Positions 13,773-27,549 of a DNA stretch of 64,000 nt are shown in pieces. How positions within the stretch are numbered: the stretch's first letter is position 1; every line of letters starts with the position of its first letter. Source of the DNA: Blasia pusilla (taxonomy: Eukaryota); NCBI GenBank assembly GCA_050084515.1, contig CM114271.1, positions 32,488,001 through 32,552,000 on the forward strand. Reading direction: 5' to 3'. The notes under the pieces were generated by a model, which worked only from the letters and a program-made list of their open reading frames with translations, did no database searches and was not told the DNA's origin. The position numbers were made by a program, and so were the translations under genes.

Positions 13773-13902
13773 ATGAGTCCTTATTCACCGGCGTGGAACC
13801 GAAAGCTTGGGATGGACAAGTTGTCTGGATGTTTGAAAAGAAAAGAAAGATGAATCCTGATTCACCGGCGTGGAACGGAAGGCTGGGGATGGACAAGTTG
13901 TC
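13773..13902. repeat. Two-copy ~53 bp direct repeat (period 77)
   Basis: atga.tcct.attcaccggcgtggaac.gaa.gct.gggatggacaagttgtc at 13773 and 13850. Confidence 0.85.
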
Positions 13903-15155
13903 GACATGTACTACAAGGGAAGAGGAAAGATCCGTGGCGAGTGGATAGAGGGAGCATCCAGGTTTTGATGAGTGACGGTTGGGCACATGCGCATACGAAG
14001 TCAAACTGGACGAGGGATGGCCTTATCTTCCTTTTCCCTTATGTTGGACGCGTCTTGGCTCCAATGAATTCTTTTAATAGACCGACCGACGCCCGCGGAA
14101 AGCCTCATAGGAACATCTGAGTGGTGAAAAGGCAATGCTGGGATTCCTTTCCTTCCTCGTCAATCGGTGCACCATATTTCACCGATCCACCACCAAAGGA
14201 ACCAAAGCCGACCACAAAGGAAAGGAATCGATACACCTCATCCGATTGTTGTCAAGGCCGGAGTAGGAGGTGCCACAAGTCAGAGGTTTGGACCTACTCC
14301 CTCGTGAGCAGACAAGTGCAAGGCTTTTCGTATCTATTTTCGAATGTGCTCCCCTAGTGCATGGCTCAACACATGCTCGGGTCCACGACTCCACATCGTC
14401 GTAGTCACCATCCCACATGGACGCCGCAGTTTCGTCTGTTGTGAGATGTATCTCGGACGATTCACATCCCTAGAAAGAAGTCTGTGCAGGACTTCATGAT
14501 GGAAAGCGGCAAGTGACTACCGCCTTCTGACCGACTTCACCCACATGGATAAAGGTGGAGTGCTACATGGGCAACCGTAGTGTTTAGAGGTTCTGAATTG
14601 TCAGCGGAGACTAGGTGGCCTCTCGGACCACGAGACCGATCGATGGGAGAGCCAGACATTTTGGCACCAACCGACGGCAAGATATGGGATGCAACTGCAA
14701 CGATCATTATTTCAACGGACAACAGGTCCCCGCCCATATGAGACATCACCAGACCGATCCATAAAAAGAGACATTTGGCAACAGGACCAACGTCCAGCCA
14801 TAGATTGCAACGTGCGCACACTTCTGTCTCATAAAGTGCTGAAATGCGAAGAAGTCCTCCGCCATGACAATGGAAAACAGTTCGCTACTTTTGCTTCGTA
14901 TCATATATCCCTGTAGGATAGTACTAGTCATCTCTGCACGATATTACCGCCTCGGTAGCGTGATGCTCTCCTCTCTATATCCAATTCACTCTCCTTCCAC
15001 GGAGATCTCCGCCATGACTATATAGTGGAAGTTTCATTGACGCTTTGCAGCCCGTAGACTTCACCAACCATGGGCAGGAGGCAGTTTGAGAAACATCGGG
15101 AAGACAAATTTCCTTCGAGTCAGATCTAAGGACTTCCTCGCTGGAAAAGCAAACC

Positions 15156-18100
15156 TTAAATTGAGATATGCGATGATAAATCCGGCGCTGCCAATGGAGG
15201 CATCGCTTCAGGGAATGTATCCAAAAATTGCTGAAGCTGCCTTCTAGCAGTGACCAAGTCCCTCCCTTCATCTACATCGTCTTTGCCCTTCAAATCCGTA
15301 TCCGTGACAGTTGATTGCTCGATATTAGTAGTAACTACACTTTCCTTTCCTATTTTATGCGGTCTCTCTGTGTCGCTTGACGTAGATTTCATCGCTTCTG
15401 GGGAACCGGAGACACTCGACAGGAAAGCATCCCGAGACTTGTACTTTTCCTTCAACGCGTCTCCAGCCACCAAGGCGTCGGTGAACACCCCGGCCTCCTT
15501 CAAACCTTGAATAATCACCTGCACCGGATTTGGGTACACAAAATTAGACCTGCCGTATATGGAATAGGAAACATCTTACAATGAATGCATGTCACAAGGT
15601 TCCTGGGTATCAATCAAAACTATGTGGACCCAGGCCGAACATCCTGGGGACAACTAATCCGTACTATTAGTTGCAGATGGGATTTGCAGTCATTACTTGG
15701 CCAACCATTGACTACACTATTATTTGCGGGTGGGATTTGGGGACGTCAATCGACGAGTGTCCCGTGTGGGAAAAGGTCACCTAACTGGTGAAGGTTAGGC
15801 TTTACAAAAGATTGCGAAACGGGATGTTATGCTTTTGCGACCAACTCGGAGCACCGAGCACACTAGCTGACTCGAATCCTCTGACGAATCTGAAGATTGA
15901 CCGCAGAGTAAAGTCAAAGATGTGTAATTGTAGCGTATGATGTCATGACAGCCGAGTACCCCTCAGAAATCGTAATGCCAACACAGTCCAGATGCTCGGG
16001 ACGAAGAGACACAACAGAATTGACAATCTAAATCTAATAATCTGAAGATGGTCCTGATTTCATTCGAGTCCTACCATGGGAGCGTAGATTCGTGTTAAGA
16101 GCCCTTTCCGCATCAATTTGAGGTTCAATTCCTTGTCCGTCCAGACAACATGTTGGCGATACCTGCTCACAGGACGACAATCAACCTCTTAACGCACTAC
16201 GCTTGGCAGGGAAAAGACTCTGCTAATGACAAGTCCCGATGTTCAGAGACTGAAAACCAGCTTGCATGATGTTTAATTATCTGGATCGCATTTCCGTAGG
16301 CATGCACGGATAGAACCTCGTACCAGAGTCGCATCTCGTCCTCTGTGAAAGTTGAAGCAATGATGAAGGCCTGTGATGACGAGAAACAAGCACAACTCAG
16401 ATAACGGATTCCCCAGATTTGCAATTTGAAAGACCCAAAGTACGGCCATTTCGTCCCTCACCTAGTTATTGATCCAAGTTGATAAAAATGACATCGCTTG
16501 GAAGAAATTTTATCACAGCCACGACAGACTCCCAGACTTGGAGAGGGAAATGAGGTACTCACATCACGGTCAAACTCGAGCATGAAACATTTTTTGACGT
16601 CTTCCTTTGTAGGCTTGCATCCGCACCGGTCTCGTCTTGAGGTCAAATCTGAGAATTTCGTATACGTAAAATGCAGGACCGCTGCCTCTTCCAATTTAAT
16701 CTCACTGCAAATACCAGCAATCCGGTCAGAAGAAGATTGCAGAGCAGGTAATTCGCTTCTTTGAAAAACTCACTCACTATAAGAGATAGTTTCCACTTTC
16801 AGGCAGACACTAACTTAGGGTTCTTCATGTAGTTGTGCCATCGGTGAGCTCCATTAGGTCGTAAATGGTTCTGTACACGAGCAGCAGCCTTGCCATTTCC
16901 GTAAGTCAGGAAGTAATTCGGGTTCCCTCGTGTTGCCTCACGATACAGCCCAAAATAGGTCTCCTTCATGACATGATCATAGTTCTTCTTGAACATGGAC
17001 ACCTGCAAAGACCAAAAGGTGTGAGAAATCTAAGTTCGACGTGTAACAGGTGAGTGTCTGCTGTAACAACTGATCTCTTGAAATATACTCTGTTAATCTC
17101 TTTGACGTGTCGAAGGCAATCCCCGTGCTTCTCTAATGAATCTCCAAACAGAGAAGAAAGTAAGACAACAATAGCCGGTGTAACGAAACATTGAGCCTCT
17201 TGACAAACGGAGCAAGAAGCATGAGGGGAGAGCCACCCAGAGACTTATTTAAGTGAGACACTAGTTCTTCATGGTAGACAAGGCAGCTCTGTACACTTCA
17301 TGGGTCCCCATTACTTCAGAATCTTTGATTGCATGTACACAACACAATATGTTTCCACTCAATCGTCTTGCATAGAAAACCTGACTTGGAATCATATGAA
17401 GTCTTCCGTCTGCTAATTAAAAGATCTCGTAACCAGTAAAGATGATTCGATTACAAGCCCAAGTTATATACTATGAAGCCACCATAATTTTCCTCCATGT
17501 ACTCTGGAATCCAAAGTAACGACACCAAAGCTTGTAATAATATCTGGAGCAGGCTAACATGCTCGCTCAGTAGCACACAGTTCTCTACTCAGTACAGAAC
17601 CAAACCAAACACGTTCATTCACTTCAACTTATGGTCGCAGCTAGCAGGCTCAAGACTTACTCACATGCAGTAAAACCTAATTTTACTCCTACTGTAGGAC
17701 TCATGGATGCAATTATCAACTAAACCAGTCCAGCATTCACATTGTTCTGCGTCTATATTTGTTAGCTTCAAGCACAGACAAAGTAAAAAGAAAAAAAAAG
17801 GTCATGTAAGACAAATTTGATTAGTCTCATCACATCATGGCTTTCTCCGGTCCTACAATCGGTTCGTCCAACCAACTGTAACATCATGTCCAAGTTGAAG
17901 TGGATTACTGAAAGCCTCATAAAGGTTGGTGATCACTTATAGATGGACATTACTCTACAATCCACTACCATCGCGATTCTGTATCGGGAATGTGAGGAAA
18001 ACTTCAATTAGTTCATGACGAGCCCAGATGGATCCTGGACGGTTTCACAAGTGGCATCGGATTGTTGACCAATCTTCCCACCTGAGGCAAGAATTTAGCC

Positions 18101-21100
18101 AGTGCCTTGCCTGTCTGTGAGAAAATGATTGACCAGCAGAAGTATCTCCTTGTACAAAGTCAGAGCTAGCATCAGCTAGACCATCCATGATTTCAGCTTG
18201 TACACAATCAGCAAATCAGTCCCTATCTCTATTGCCAAATCAGAGCCCTACCATGATGTGACTCTTCTTACTATCTAAGAGATACTAAGAAGGATTCTAC
18301 TCAGCCACACCTTGCACTCACACTACAGGTCCTCACATGTCACCAGCTCAGAGATCAGACATGGCTCACCATTGAGCACAAACAATCTCCATCAGCATAC
18401 TAGACAAAACAACCTGCCTTCCAGTGAGGCTCTAACAAGCACAGCAATTAGTCTCAATCTCCTCTTCCTACTCTCTGATCACTCTGCAGCAGGACCAAGA
18501 GCCTCAGGAGTCCTCACCAAAACTGTGCATGCTGTAGAATTTGCTTCTGCTCTCTAAAGAGAGACATTATATACATGAGGGTGAGCACTTCTGGCCCTTG
18601 GATCTTCTTGAACAGATCCATACCCTAAATAACAGATGGTGGCTAGCCCTAACTCGAGAATTGCCCTAATTCAAAGTTACCCTAAAAAGATAGAGGAACA
18701 CTAAGTTATCTCTAGCTAACTAAATTAGTATCCAACTAAGTTAGTATTTGACTAACTACTTTTAGGGCATGACTAAACTAGATATTAACAAATTTCAACA
18801 GTCTGCACACGGCTGGGATTCTTCCTTCTCGTCCATTGTCCAAAAGAGTTTACGTCCAAAGTACAAAGGTTGATCCATCAAGAGGCCCACATTAAGGGGC
18901 CCGCCAGAGGAAGACTTAGTTTCTAGAAAAGCCTCTTCACAATCAGAAGCTGGTGGGTGAGCAAGGCAAGAAGAGACCGCTGTCCTCACCCCTTTAGTAA
19001 TTCACCAAAGCAACCGCAATGTTCCAAAACAAGAAACCTGCACTGAATCTTCCTTCATGTTCCATGATTCTTATATTGGAGCAAGATTCCTAAGAACAAC
19101 AGCATTAAATCCCCTAAATACCTGCAAACATTGAATCAAGTTTTGCACCACCACCAAGAACAGTCTCCCTCATAACAAGACCTCCACTAACTAATGTTGA
19201 GGGTATTGCCGTACGACAGGTATACTTGCCTTACAAATAAAACAAAAATGGTAGGTTTTGGAAGTTTGGAAAAGTTTCCAACAAAAGCCCCTGAGATAGT
19301 AGTTTTCAGAGGATTGAAAATGGGAGGATCGTGGCATAAAACCTCTTGGAGAGGACCTCTGGATAGCTTTAGCATGTATACAGTACACATGCTCATTTCC
19401 CAGCACTTCCATTTGGCCCATGGCTCGGAGAAAGTATAAAAAAAATCACTAAACAGGACCAGAGTCTCCGCAGTTAAGTTCCATTAATTGATTTGTTTTG
19501 TTCCTCGGTTGAGTACGTTTTTTGCAAGTCGTGGATCTATTGTAGATCCATTCTGATAAGTACCCATTCTAAAAAATACATCAGGATATGGAAAGAAAGA
19601 ACTATTAAAGTTACCAAGGATTCCTTTCTTATTCTTTCTGTATCTGTTACCTAGATATACAGAGGAGCTAGTCCAGCAAAACCCAGAGCTTCTATTTGAG
19701 AACTCTAGTCATTTCTATTTCCGAAAGCTGTGCTGATGTCCTTCTCTGTAGAGTTGAAACACCGAGTCATCCTTACTTTGATACGAGCCTAGAAAGCTGG
19801 TCACTTATGTCTTACGCGAGTTGACATCATAAATCAAAGTTTAGGGAGTAATAAAAAATTCAGGGGCAATAACTATTTTGCATATTAACCCCCGATCAGG
19901 ATTGACACCGAGTTATTTGTGTTCCTTAGATAATAAGGGACAGGTGATGATTCTCTGAGTGTTAAGGAAGGCAGTTCAATAAATCCACCACATACATTCA
20001 CTGCTACTGTCGAAAACTCAGGAAAGTCACACTGAGGCACAACTGATGCTTAAGCATTCAACAAAATAGATTATCCTAATTCTATTCTTCAATCAAATAC
20101 TGACCTCAATGAAGGGTTCTGAGATGTCATCACGTTCAATAGCACTTTCCTGTATTCACATATCCTTCCTCACATCAGTATGACATGATCACCAGAGACG
20201 AGCACTTGAAAAAAATCTTCAAAGCTATCCCTGAAATACTCCTCTGATATTGACTTTCTCTCCAACAGTGAATCCAGTTTTCCAATCTCTAGCATCCATT
20301 GATTTGTGTAGTAAGCTGAGATGGGAAGCATTCATGTTTGGCCAGAAAACCATGTCTGAATCTTCAAAGTTAACTATGCAATTCTTGTCTGAATACGTGA
20401 TGCACTGTCCTATTTGAAATTCAGATTTTTCTTCTAGGGCATCTTTTGTTTGATTTAATGAGCTGAAGTGTGAGGTCAGAGGATCTACTCACATAGTTGG
20501 GAAACACAACCATGTCCACATCTTCTGCCACCTCTCCTAATAATCTCCGCAACGAAAACTCAGAAGAACCAGCAGGATACAGCAACTCATCTGTGTCGAG
20601 ATGGATGATCCAGTCCATCCCAGCTGCCTGTGAACACCATGGCAGGTTCAGCCACAACCACACGTTTCTTGAGGTCATGAGAAGTGGAATAAGGATGGGC
20701 CATGCGACCTTTGCAATACCAAAGACCAAAGAACAAAACCGATTAGTGCTTACCCGTGCCATCACTATGGCCATTTCCATGTTGAGAGATTGTCTCACAA
20801 AGAGTTCGTAATTGCAAGGTCGATAGAAGAAGCTTGACAACCAAGTTTCATTCCATATTCGACTGCACCAAAGATCAAACAGGGAAACGGTTCACGGTTA
20901 CTATCTCTGAATCACCTCAGTAAACGCACCATAAATGACCTGCCAAAAACCAAACATAGGAGCAAGTATTCTTGCTCATGATGGACATCAACAGCTCAAA
21001 TTACTTCACAAAGTGGGCACAGCACTAAGAAATGGAATGAGACCCAGATTGATTAGCACAAAGTACACACTCATCTAGAACTACTCATGAAAGCCTTTGC

Positions 21101-22960
21101 TAGGAATTACGGATACCCATAATAGCAGAGGCTTGTATGGGCTGAAAGTAATAAGAGAAATAAATTTCATGTTTGCGGTGAGGTCAGACAGAATCCACAA
21201 ACTTGTAAATACAACCTCAAAGTGCACTGACCATGTATGGAGGATAAATGTGTGATGCCCAGGCTTTTGGAAAAATGTCGTTTTGTTAGTTTTATACCAA
21301 ACTGACCTACACTAAAAAACTGAGGAGATAAAGTTCATATTTGAGGTAAGAGAAGACAGCACCTACCAACCTGTACCCACATACTGACATTCAAATGACC
21401 GAGATTCTATGGAAGCTTAGAGTTTGGAGGATAAGTGAGTGTCCAGAGTTTATGAAAAGTCATGTCTTCTAATTGCATAACCTGAACTGACCAAACTTAT
21501 AGAAATAAATACAGAGATATCCTCCAGACACAGATGCAAAAGGTTTGGTGTAATCAGCAAACTCACTTCCAGCCACTTCTGCTGTGATCACTTTTTTCAA
21601 GTCTTTACACCAACTGTCCTACTGGCGAGAATAGCATTTGCTGTGATCCTTATCTCAGTCTTTCAAATCTTAACTTCTATTAAGACAAATCAAAGGGTTC
21701 CCAAAATGCAAAGCACGCAATACCTTTTAGACTGTTTCTCCTCCAGCTCTTTGGTGCGATGCACGACTTGTACACCCTGAAAAGAACAGGCTCGCATAGT
21801 TAGGCATCATTCGACAGAACTTCCAATGGAAAGGTTGTGAAAGTTCTATTGCAGAAATGAATTCCAATCGGGCTAGGGAAGGACATCATCACATGAACAA
21901 CACTCACAGGAATGGCTTCCAAAACCACCGAACTGTTTGTAGACGCAGCTTTCCCCTCAACAAAGAGAAGAAAGTTGGTGACGCCCAGCACTCGATGATA
22001 GTACAACCAAGGCAATATTTGGTCCAAGCCTGCAGAGGTACTCGTACATATACATATCTGTGCAGGAAAGCGAATCCATTAAAACCCCATGCATTTCCAA
22101 CACTTTGTCAGAAACTTGCTATTGCATAAGCAGCCGTCTGTAGACATGGTTAGTCATCCTAAGATTAGGCACACCTCAAAACCACCCCGATCCACCCTTC
22201 CTGAATCACATCAAGAACCGCCAGCAAGAAACTCGATGGAACTTCAATTGACTAGATCCCAGCAACCAATTCCATTTGAAGTCACTCTTCCATCACACCA
22301 AATGGCAGATGAGATTTTCCTTCCGGAAAATCTATCAGTATTCGATGATAGTACAACCATGGCAATATTTGGTCCAAGCCTGCATAGGTACCAACTCCAT
22401 GCGAAATCCAACCTAAAACTTCCCAGAACTACCCACATCACTTCTGTGCATCCCTCTTAGAAGGTGCAGTACAAGACTTTCGAGACTTCGAGCTCTGCCC
22501 ATCCGCTTCCACTGCTGCTGATGCAGAGCTGCATGAATTTGTTCGCTGCTGGAGCTGCGGTCAAGAGTTGGAAGCTGTGACAGCATAGGGAGAGAATGTG
22601 TGGTACCTTGGGGCGGGCTTCTCCCACGATTGCATAACGCCAGCCGGGATGGTGAGGGAATGAGGGTTGCTTGTGGAGAGCAGACTTGCCACAATCGGAA
22701 TTGGTGACAGAATGTCCACCTGATGGAGAGTTGGGCTGCACTCCCGGAAGTCGAGAACTGTCACCACCCAAACGCCCGATGGTGGAAGGGTCTGAGAGGG
22801 CCCCTCCCTTCAATTGCAGCCCGAACGCGAACGCCGCCAGCCCCAATGGCAGCAACGTAAGCGCCCACAGCAAAACTCTGGAGCTGCTAGGCGCCTGCGG
22901 TTGTTGCGACCTGGGCGGTTGCTGCATTTGGGGGTACCGTTGATAGGGCCCGACCGCCAT
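15156..22960 (-). CDS. KOB1: KOBITO1/ELD1/ABI8-like glycosyltransferase-like type II membrane protein, 11 exons, ~557 aa
   Basis: GT-AG exons: 22960-22607, 22057-21908, 21776-21724, 20862-20754, 20627-20493, 20149-20105, 17002-16815, 16704-16563, 16370-16324, 16162-16075, 15518-15156 (1674 nt, open frame). N-terminal transmembrane segment, then [61 protein letters not shown] and [19 protein letters not shown], which are characteristic KOB1 motifs. Confidence 0.93.
18118..18800 (-). mobile_element. Solo LTR (683 bp) in intron 6 of the KOB1 gene
   Basis: TG (18118) to CA (18800), with a perfect 5-bp target-site duplication GTCTG at 18113-18117 and 18801-18805. A TATA-like tatataa lies on the minus strand at about 18567-18573. 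Confidence 0.8.
22342..22391 (-). repeat. 50-bp copy of part of KOB1 exon 2 (21992-22041) inside intron 1
   Basis: tcgatgatagtacaacca.ggcaatatttggtccaagcctgca.aggtac, with 2 mismatches in 50 bp. Confidence 0.9.
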
Positions 22961-24254
22961 AGCCGTAGTCCTAAACCGATTCACTGCAAATCGACCCAGA
23001 ACTCGCCCAGCATTCGATTCTGTGTCCTCCACTTCGGAACCCCTGGTTCCAAATCTGGGCAAAGCCGCTCCTACCCGCTACAACAACGCGCTTCGACGTC
23101 CACCGCCGAGAGCTATGGACTCGCCACTGGAATCCACGTGAGGAGCATTGGCGGATCCGACGCTGCAAGTTCCCTGAATCTCCAATACGCAAGCGCCTTA
23201 AGGAGCAGAAGCAGCAGCTTATGGCGGCGTTCCGAGAACACGATCGATGAATCAATTCCCAACGAATTCCGTGCACCCTGTGAAAACCGATTCCAACCAC
23301 TCCGCTGATTCAGCGCCCCGAAGCTCGCTCGCGGCTCGCGGCTCGCAATTCAATTCCAGCCGTGGAAGTCCATGAGGAAGCGCGGTGCACTGCAACTCTA
23401 AAATACTATTTCCTCTAAAACCAGCACCCTCTCCAGAAACCAGACCTAGCGCAGCCCTTCAGCGATCCGTCATTCGCTCCACAGCAAAGCAGCGCGTGGC
23501 TCACTCTGGGCACCTGCAACTGGAAGATCAAACCATTCAATCATCCCCACAACGCAGCTCTCCTGTAGCACCACCACGCACGACTCATCTCGCATCTCAA
23601 CCATCGCCGATAATGAAACTCCCTTGCAGACAGACTATAGACTCACCCGATTTAACCACTACAAGCCCCCCCCATGAAACGCACCTTCACCGGCTCTCCA
23701 CAACCCCTCGCGCCACTCTGCCATCTCTCCTCCCACTCCCGACGCACCCACCCACGCACATTCCGGATTCAAATCCTCGCCGATTAGAAACAATTCCCCC
23801 TCCTCTCTCTCTATCTTCCTCCCTCCCTCTGTGTCCGTCTCCATACAAACAAACCTTCAGCGAATACGGAAATCGAAGCAGCCTCTGAATAAGACGTCGA
23901 TCCGGTCGGATTTGCAGTGAGCGATGGCAGCAGTGGAGAGTCGCGCGTCTGAAAATTAGCGCGTAAGCTACTCTGGCGGATGATTCCTTCACTCCGCGGG
24001 CATTGCGCTCGTGGATGGGATCCGGGAGCGCCACCGGCAGCGTCGTGTTACTCGCTCCGATCGCTCGTCCTTTTCTCACTCTCCCATCTCGATATCTGCA
24101 GTATGATCCGCCTCAGCACCAACGACCGCTCGACTACGTACCCCCTCCCCAATCTCCTCGTCTCGAAAGCCCTTCTCTCTCAATTATCTAAAGCCTTTTC
24201 TCAGCGTTGTGACTGTTTATTTTGGATTGTGGATAATGCATTCGCATAAGTACG

Positions 24255-24494
24255 CGACTTTCATGTTTTTCCCACTTCACGGTTCATGAATAAGATAAGA
24301 GCTACGGTGTATCTCGTGAGGTTTCCACGTCTCTAAACTCTATTGTGTATCTCCTTTGACCTTGAGATGTCGCACGACTTTCATGTTTTTTCCACTCTAC
24401 AAAATCCTTGAATACGGTAGGAGCTACGCTGTATCTCGTGAGGTTTCGACATCTCTAAACTCTATTGTGTGTCTCCTCTAAACTTGAATGTCGC
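24255..24494. repeat. Tandem duplication, two ~120 bp units, upstream of KOB1
   Basis: cgactttcatgttttt...gagctacg.tgtatctcgtgaggtttc.ac.tctctaaactctattgtgt...atgtcgc occurs twice. Confidence 0.88.
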
Positions 24495-25744
24495 TTGAAT
24501 GTCGCCGTCATTCTCATTCCCCCCACTTGCCTACATGTTCCATACTTTCCCCATTCTTCCTCCCTCCACCCCCACTTCCCCTCTCCTTATTGCCCCACTC
24601 GTCCTTGTCATGCCTTCCATCATAAACTATAAGTGTTGGCCCCACCTCTTGCAGTCCATATCCGTTCTAGGGACGGACTTATTTTTTAGCAACGATGCTA
24701 ATGAGACTATGTGCTTATAAGTGACTTATTTACTAGCATATTTAGGGTAGAAGAAAACTAGTACTAGCCGTATCCATTTGTCAAATTGAACCTACTTGAG
24801 GAGAAAGTAAGAATAAAAGGTTGGGGCCATGAAGTATGTCTCAAGATCTAAGTTTGAAAACGTGCAAAATACACTTGCCATGATTGCATTGTAGGAGATG
24901 GTGTAACAAGACAATCTGAAATCCATACGGGACGCATAGTTGGTGTGCTAAATATTTGGAATGGATTTTCCTTACAATATTGTAATATTTTCAAAATGAT
25001 TGGAATGGATTTTCTCAAAGTTTTTTTAAGCTTGTCCAAATGAGTTGATAGCAATTTAATTCTAAGGAATAAATTAGGACAATCATGTGTAGAACTTGAA
25101 CAATGTATTGGGTTTAATTATTTATATAGAAATTGATTGGTGAATGTGGAATTTAACAAGAAAGCATGACAATGTATAGTAATGTCAAAAAATTTAAGAG
25201 GTCATATAAGCATAAAATCTCATATCATGATAGAAAATTATGTTTTTAGACTGGAAAGATGAATGCTTTAGAGAAAAGGTTATTGTGTCAATAAAGTTGC
25301 AAAATGTGATATTAAAGAGAAGCATATAAATGCAAAAGAAATAAGAATAAAGAATAGAGCAAACGAAGCAATTTTGCATACAAACAAGAAATATTTTTTA
25401 AATCTTTAAAAAATGAGAAAAATTCACCCTCAAAATTAGTTTTCAAACACCATAAATTATATGGAGAAAAAAATTGGGGTCTAAATTCCCTCTTTCTATG
25501 GTCTTCCTATAGTTATGAACGACATGAAATTTAAGTCTAAAAGAAGCTTTTCCTTAAGTCTTTGATAAATATCTCAACAATTTTCCTCCTCCTCCTCGCC
25601 AAGCTTTAGATCTAAGAACTTTCTATTGGACCTCGATTTTGAAGTTGATGCTACATGGTTCTCCATGCCAAAAATCACAAACAAACATATGTGTGCTATC
25701 TTTGCACCATCTCCTCAGTACTCTTTCCATACCAATGGGCTTTG

Positions 25745-27549
25745 GGCACACTGGCCCGCTCTCGTGGTACTGGTGCTCGCTGTGGCACTTGTGGGGTTAC
25801 CGTCCCTCGTGGACCTGTTGACTCTCGAGAAAATCCAGTGGTCACTACCTGCTCCTCACTCATGTTGAGCTCAATACGCTCAGACAACTCGAAGACCACC
25901 TTCAATGTGGGCTTCGCTGTGTGAATCAACACCGCATCTCTCCTCCGTAGTTCTCGGTCCAGAATCCCATACGAATACTGGACTGGCTGCGCCTCAGTCA
26001 CTCCATAAGTAGCAATGATCAGCCTCCTCATGCGCAGGAATGCCTCTCTTAGACTCTCACCCGATCATCGCTGAAAATTATGTAGACTCTTCAACTTGTC
26101 GGTGCGTATGCCTTGGTAGCTCTTCCCCAACTGTCGAAAGAACTCCACTGTGGGACTGAAGTTGGGTGGCCTTCTACCACTTGAAGTCTCTGCCACATTG
26201 TCTGTCTTAGTGCCTTCTCTCCATCTAGTCTCCGAGCTAATGGTGTGGGTCTCTCTCCTCTCCCACACTCCTCGCTAGCTCACCTACGCTGATGGTAATC
26301 TCGTGACGACACACCCGGCCTCGCGTACACTCAACACTCGGGCTCACCATGAGCCTCCCAACTAACTCACCTAAACAACCAACACTCTCAAGTCATACAC
26401 ATGACCCCCACTCGGCAACCTCCGTATATCCATATACATGCTATACATGCATGGGGACTCCACACGTCACCATCGCTACACCCATCTAGCCATAACAACT
26501 ACCCGATACCCAGCACTCTCAATCACATAAGATAAGCATGGGAAAATGGACTCGAATGGGTAACCTGATCACGCCCTCCAACCTACGGCACCGTCAACAC
26601 TCACTCCTCCATGTGGTATGGGAACCTTCGCAACACGACACTTTCCTCGACACACGTCAAACCTCCCATCAATGGATGCAAACTCCCCGTCGGGGTGGGG
26701 GCTTTTGGCCCGCGCCCTGTCCAGTCCTGCCCTGCCGCGCCAATCCTGCCCCACTTTGCCGCCGGTCCTGCACTCTGACCTAACCCTAGTTTGGCCGCCC
26801 TCAGGGCAGGTATGGTGTCATAACCTAAAACTACTCTTTTCGTGTTCTCAACACTTTCAGCTACTCACTTACAACCGTCGCTGACACTCTCTGCGCTACA
26901 CCTGAGCGCTACACTCTGTTGTTGCCTCCGGATAGTTTGCACCAGCAAACCGACTGGAGGCGCTATCCGGCCTTCCAAATGGAAAAAATGACAAAACACA
27001 ACGCCAACTAGCATCTCCAGGGGCTCCCAACCGAGGCAACTCGCTTGCCTATCTGCAAACAACGAATTCCCTCCAGCCCCCTGACATCTTTATCATGTAA
27101 AAATAAAGAGTAGTAAGAATGGCACACCCGGCCTAAAACTCCACTCCTCAATTTACATCGGCATATGGATCCTTTTCCATCTTGTGCTCTCAGGAAATCC
27201 AGACGCCCTGGTCCTATCTCACACACAACAAGAGAGATGCTCCAACGGCCCAACATGAGAAAGATGGCTTGGGAAAGCCATCTTCCTCCCTTATCTAGGG
27301 TTGGGAAGAAATAGCTATCCTCCTGGTAACTTGCGCGTACATGTTACCAGGGGCGGATGACCTGCTCAATAAGTCACTTGGCTGTGAAAGACCTCAACAG
27401 GAAAGTTATTAGAAACAACGTTTCTAACACAAAAAACCTATCCTCAACATCATAAGACATCTCACGACAAAGTTACACTCAAGACAATCCGCTGGCTCCT
27501 ATGCCCTATCCACGATAGATCTCCGCCTATCAACTACTCAGATGTGACA
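25745..27549 (-). mobile_element. 5'-end fragment (5' LTR + partial gag) of the same Gypsy family as 53552-64000
   Basis: LTR 26816-27549 has 5-bp terminal inverted repeats TGTCA...TGACA, and its reverse complement matches 53552-54041. The gag peptides VAETS.GR.PPNFSP.VEFFRQLGKSYQG.RTDKLKSL and KVVFELSERIELNMSEEQVVTTGFSRESTGPR are nearly identical to 54295-54750. Confidence 0.9.

Noticed and set aside
14121-14357. ORF with PYFTDPPPKEP resembling a kinase C-terminal tail
   Set aside because: No kinase subdomains or exon chain nearby, so the resemblance is probably chance.
22814-24249. Several 90-170 aa ORFs upstream of and overlapping the KOB1 start
   Set aside because: GC-rich 5' UTR/promoter sequence giving low-complexity ORFs in many frames, with no domain signal.
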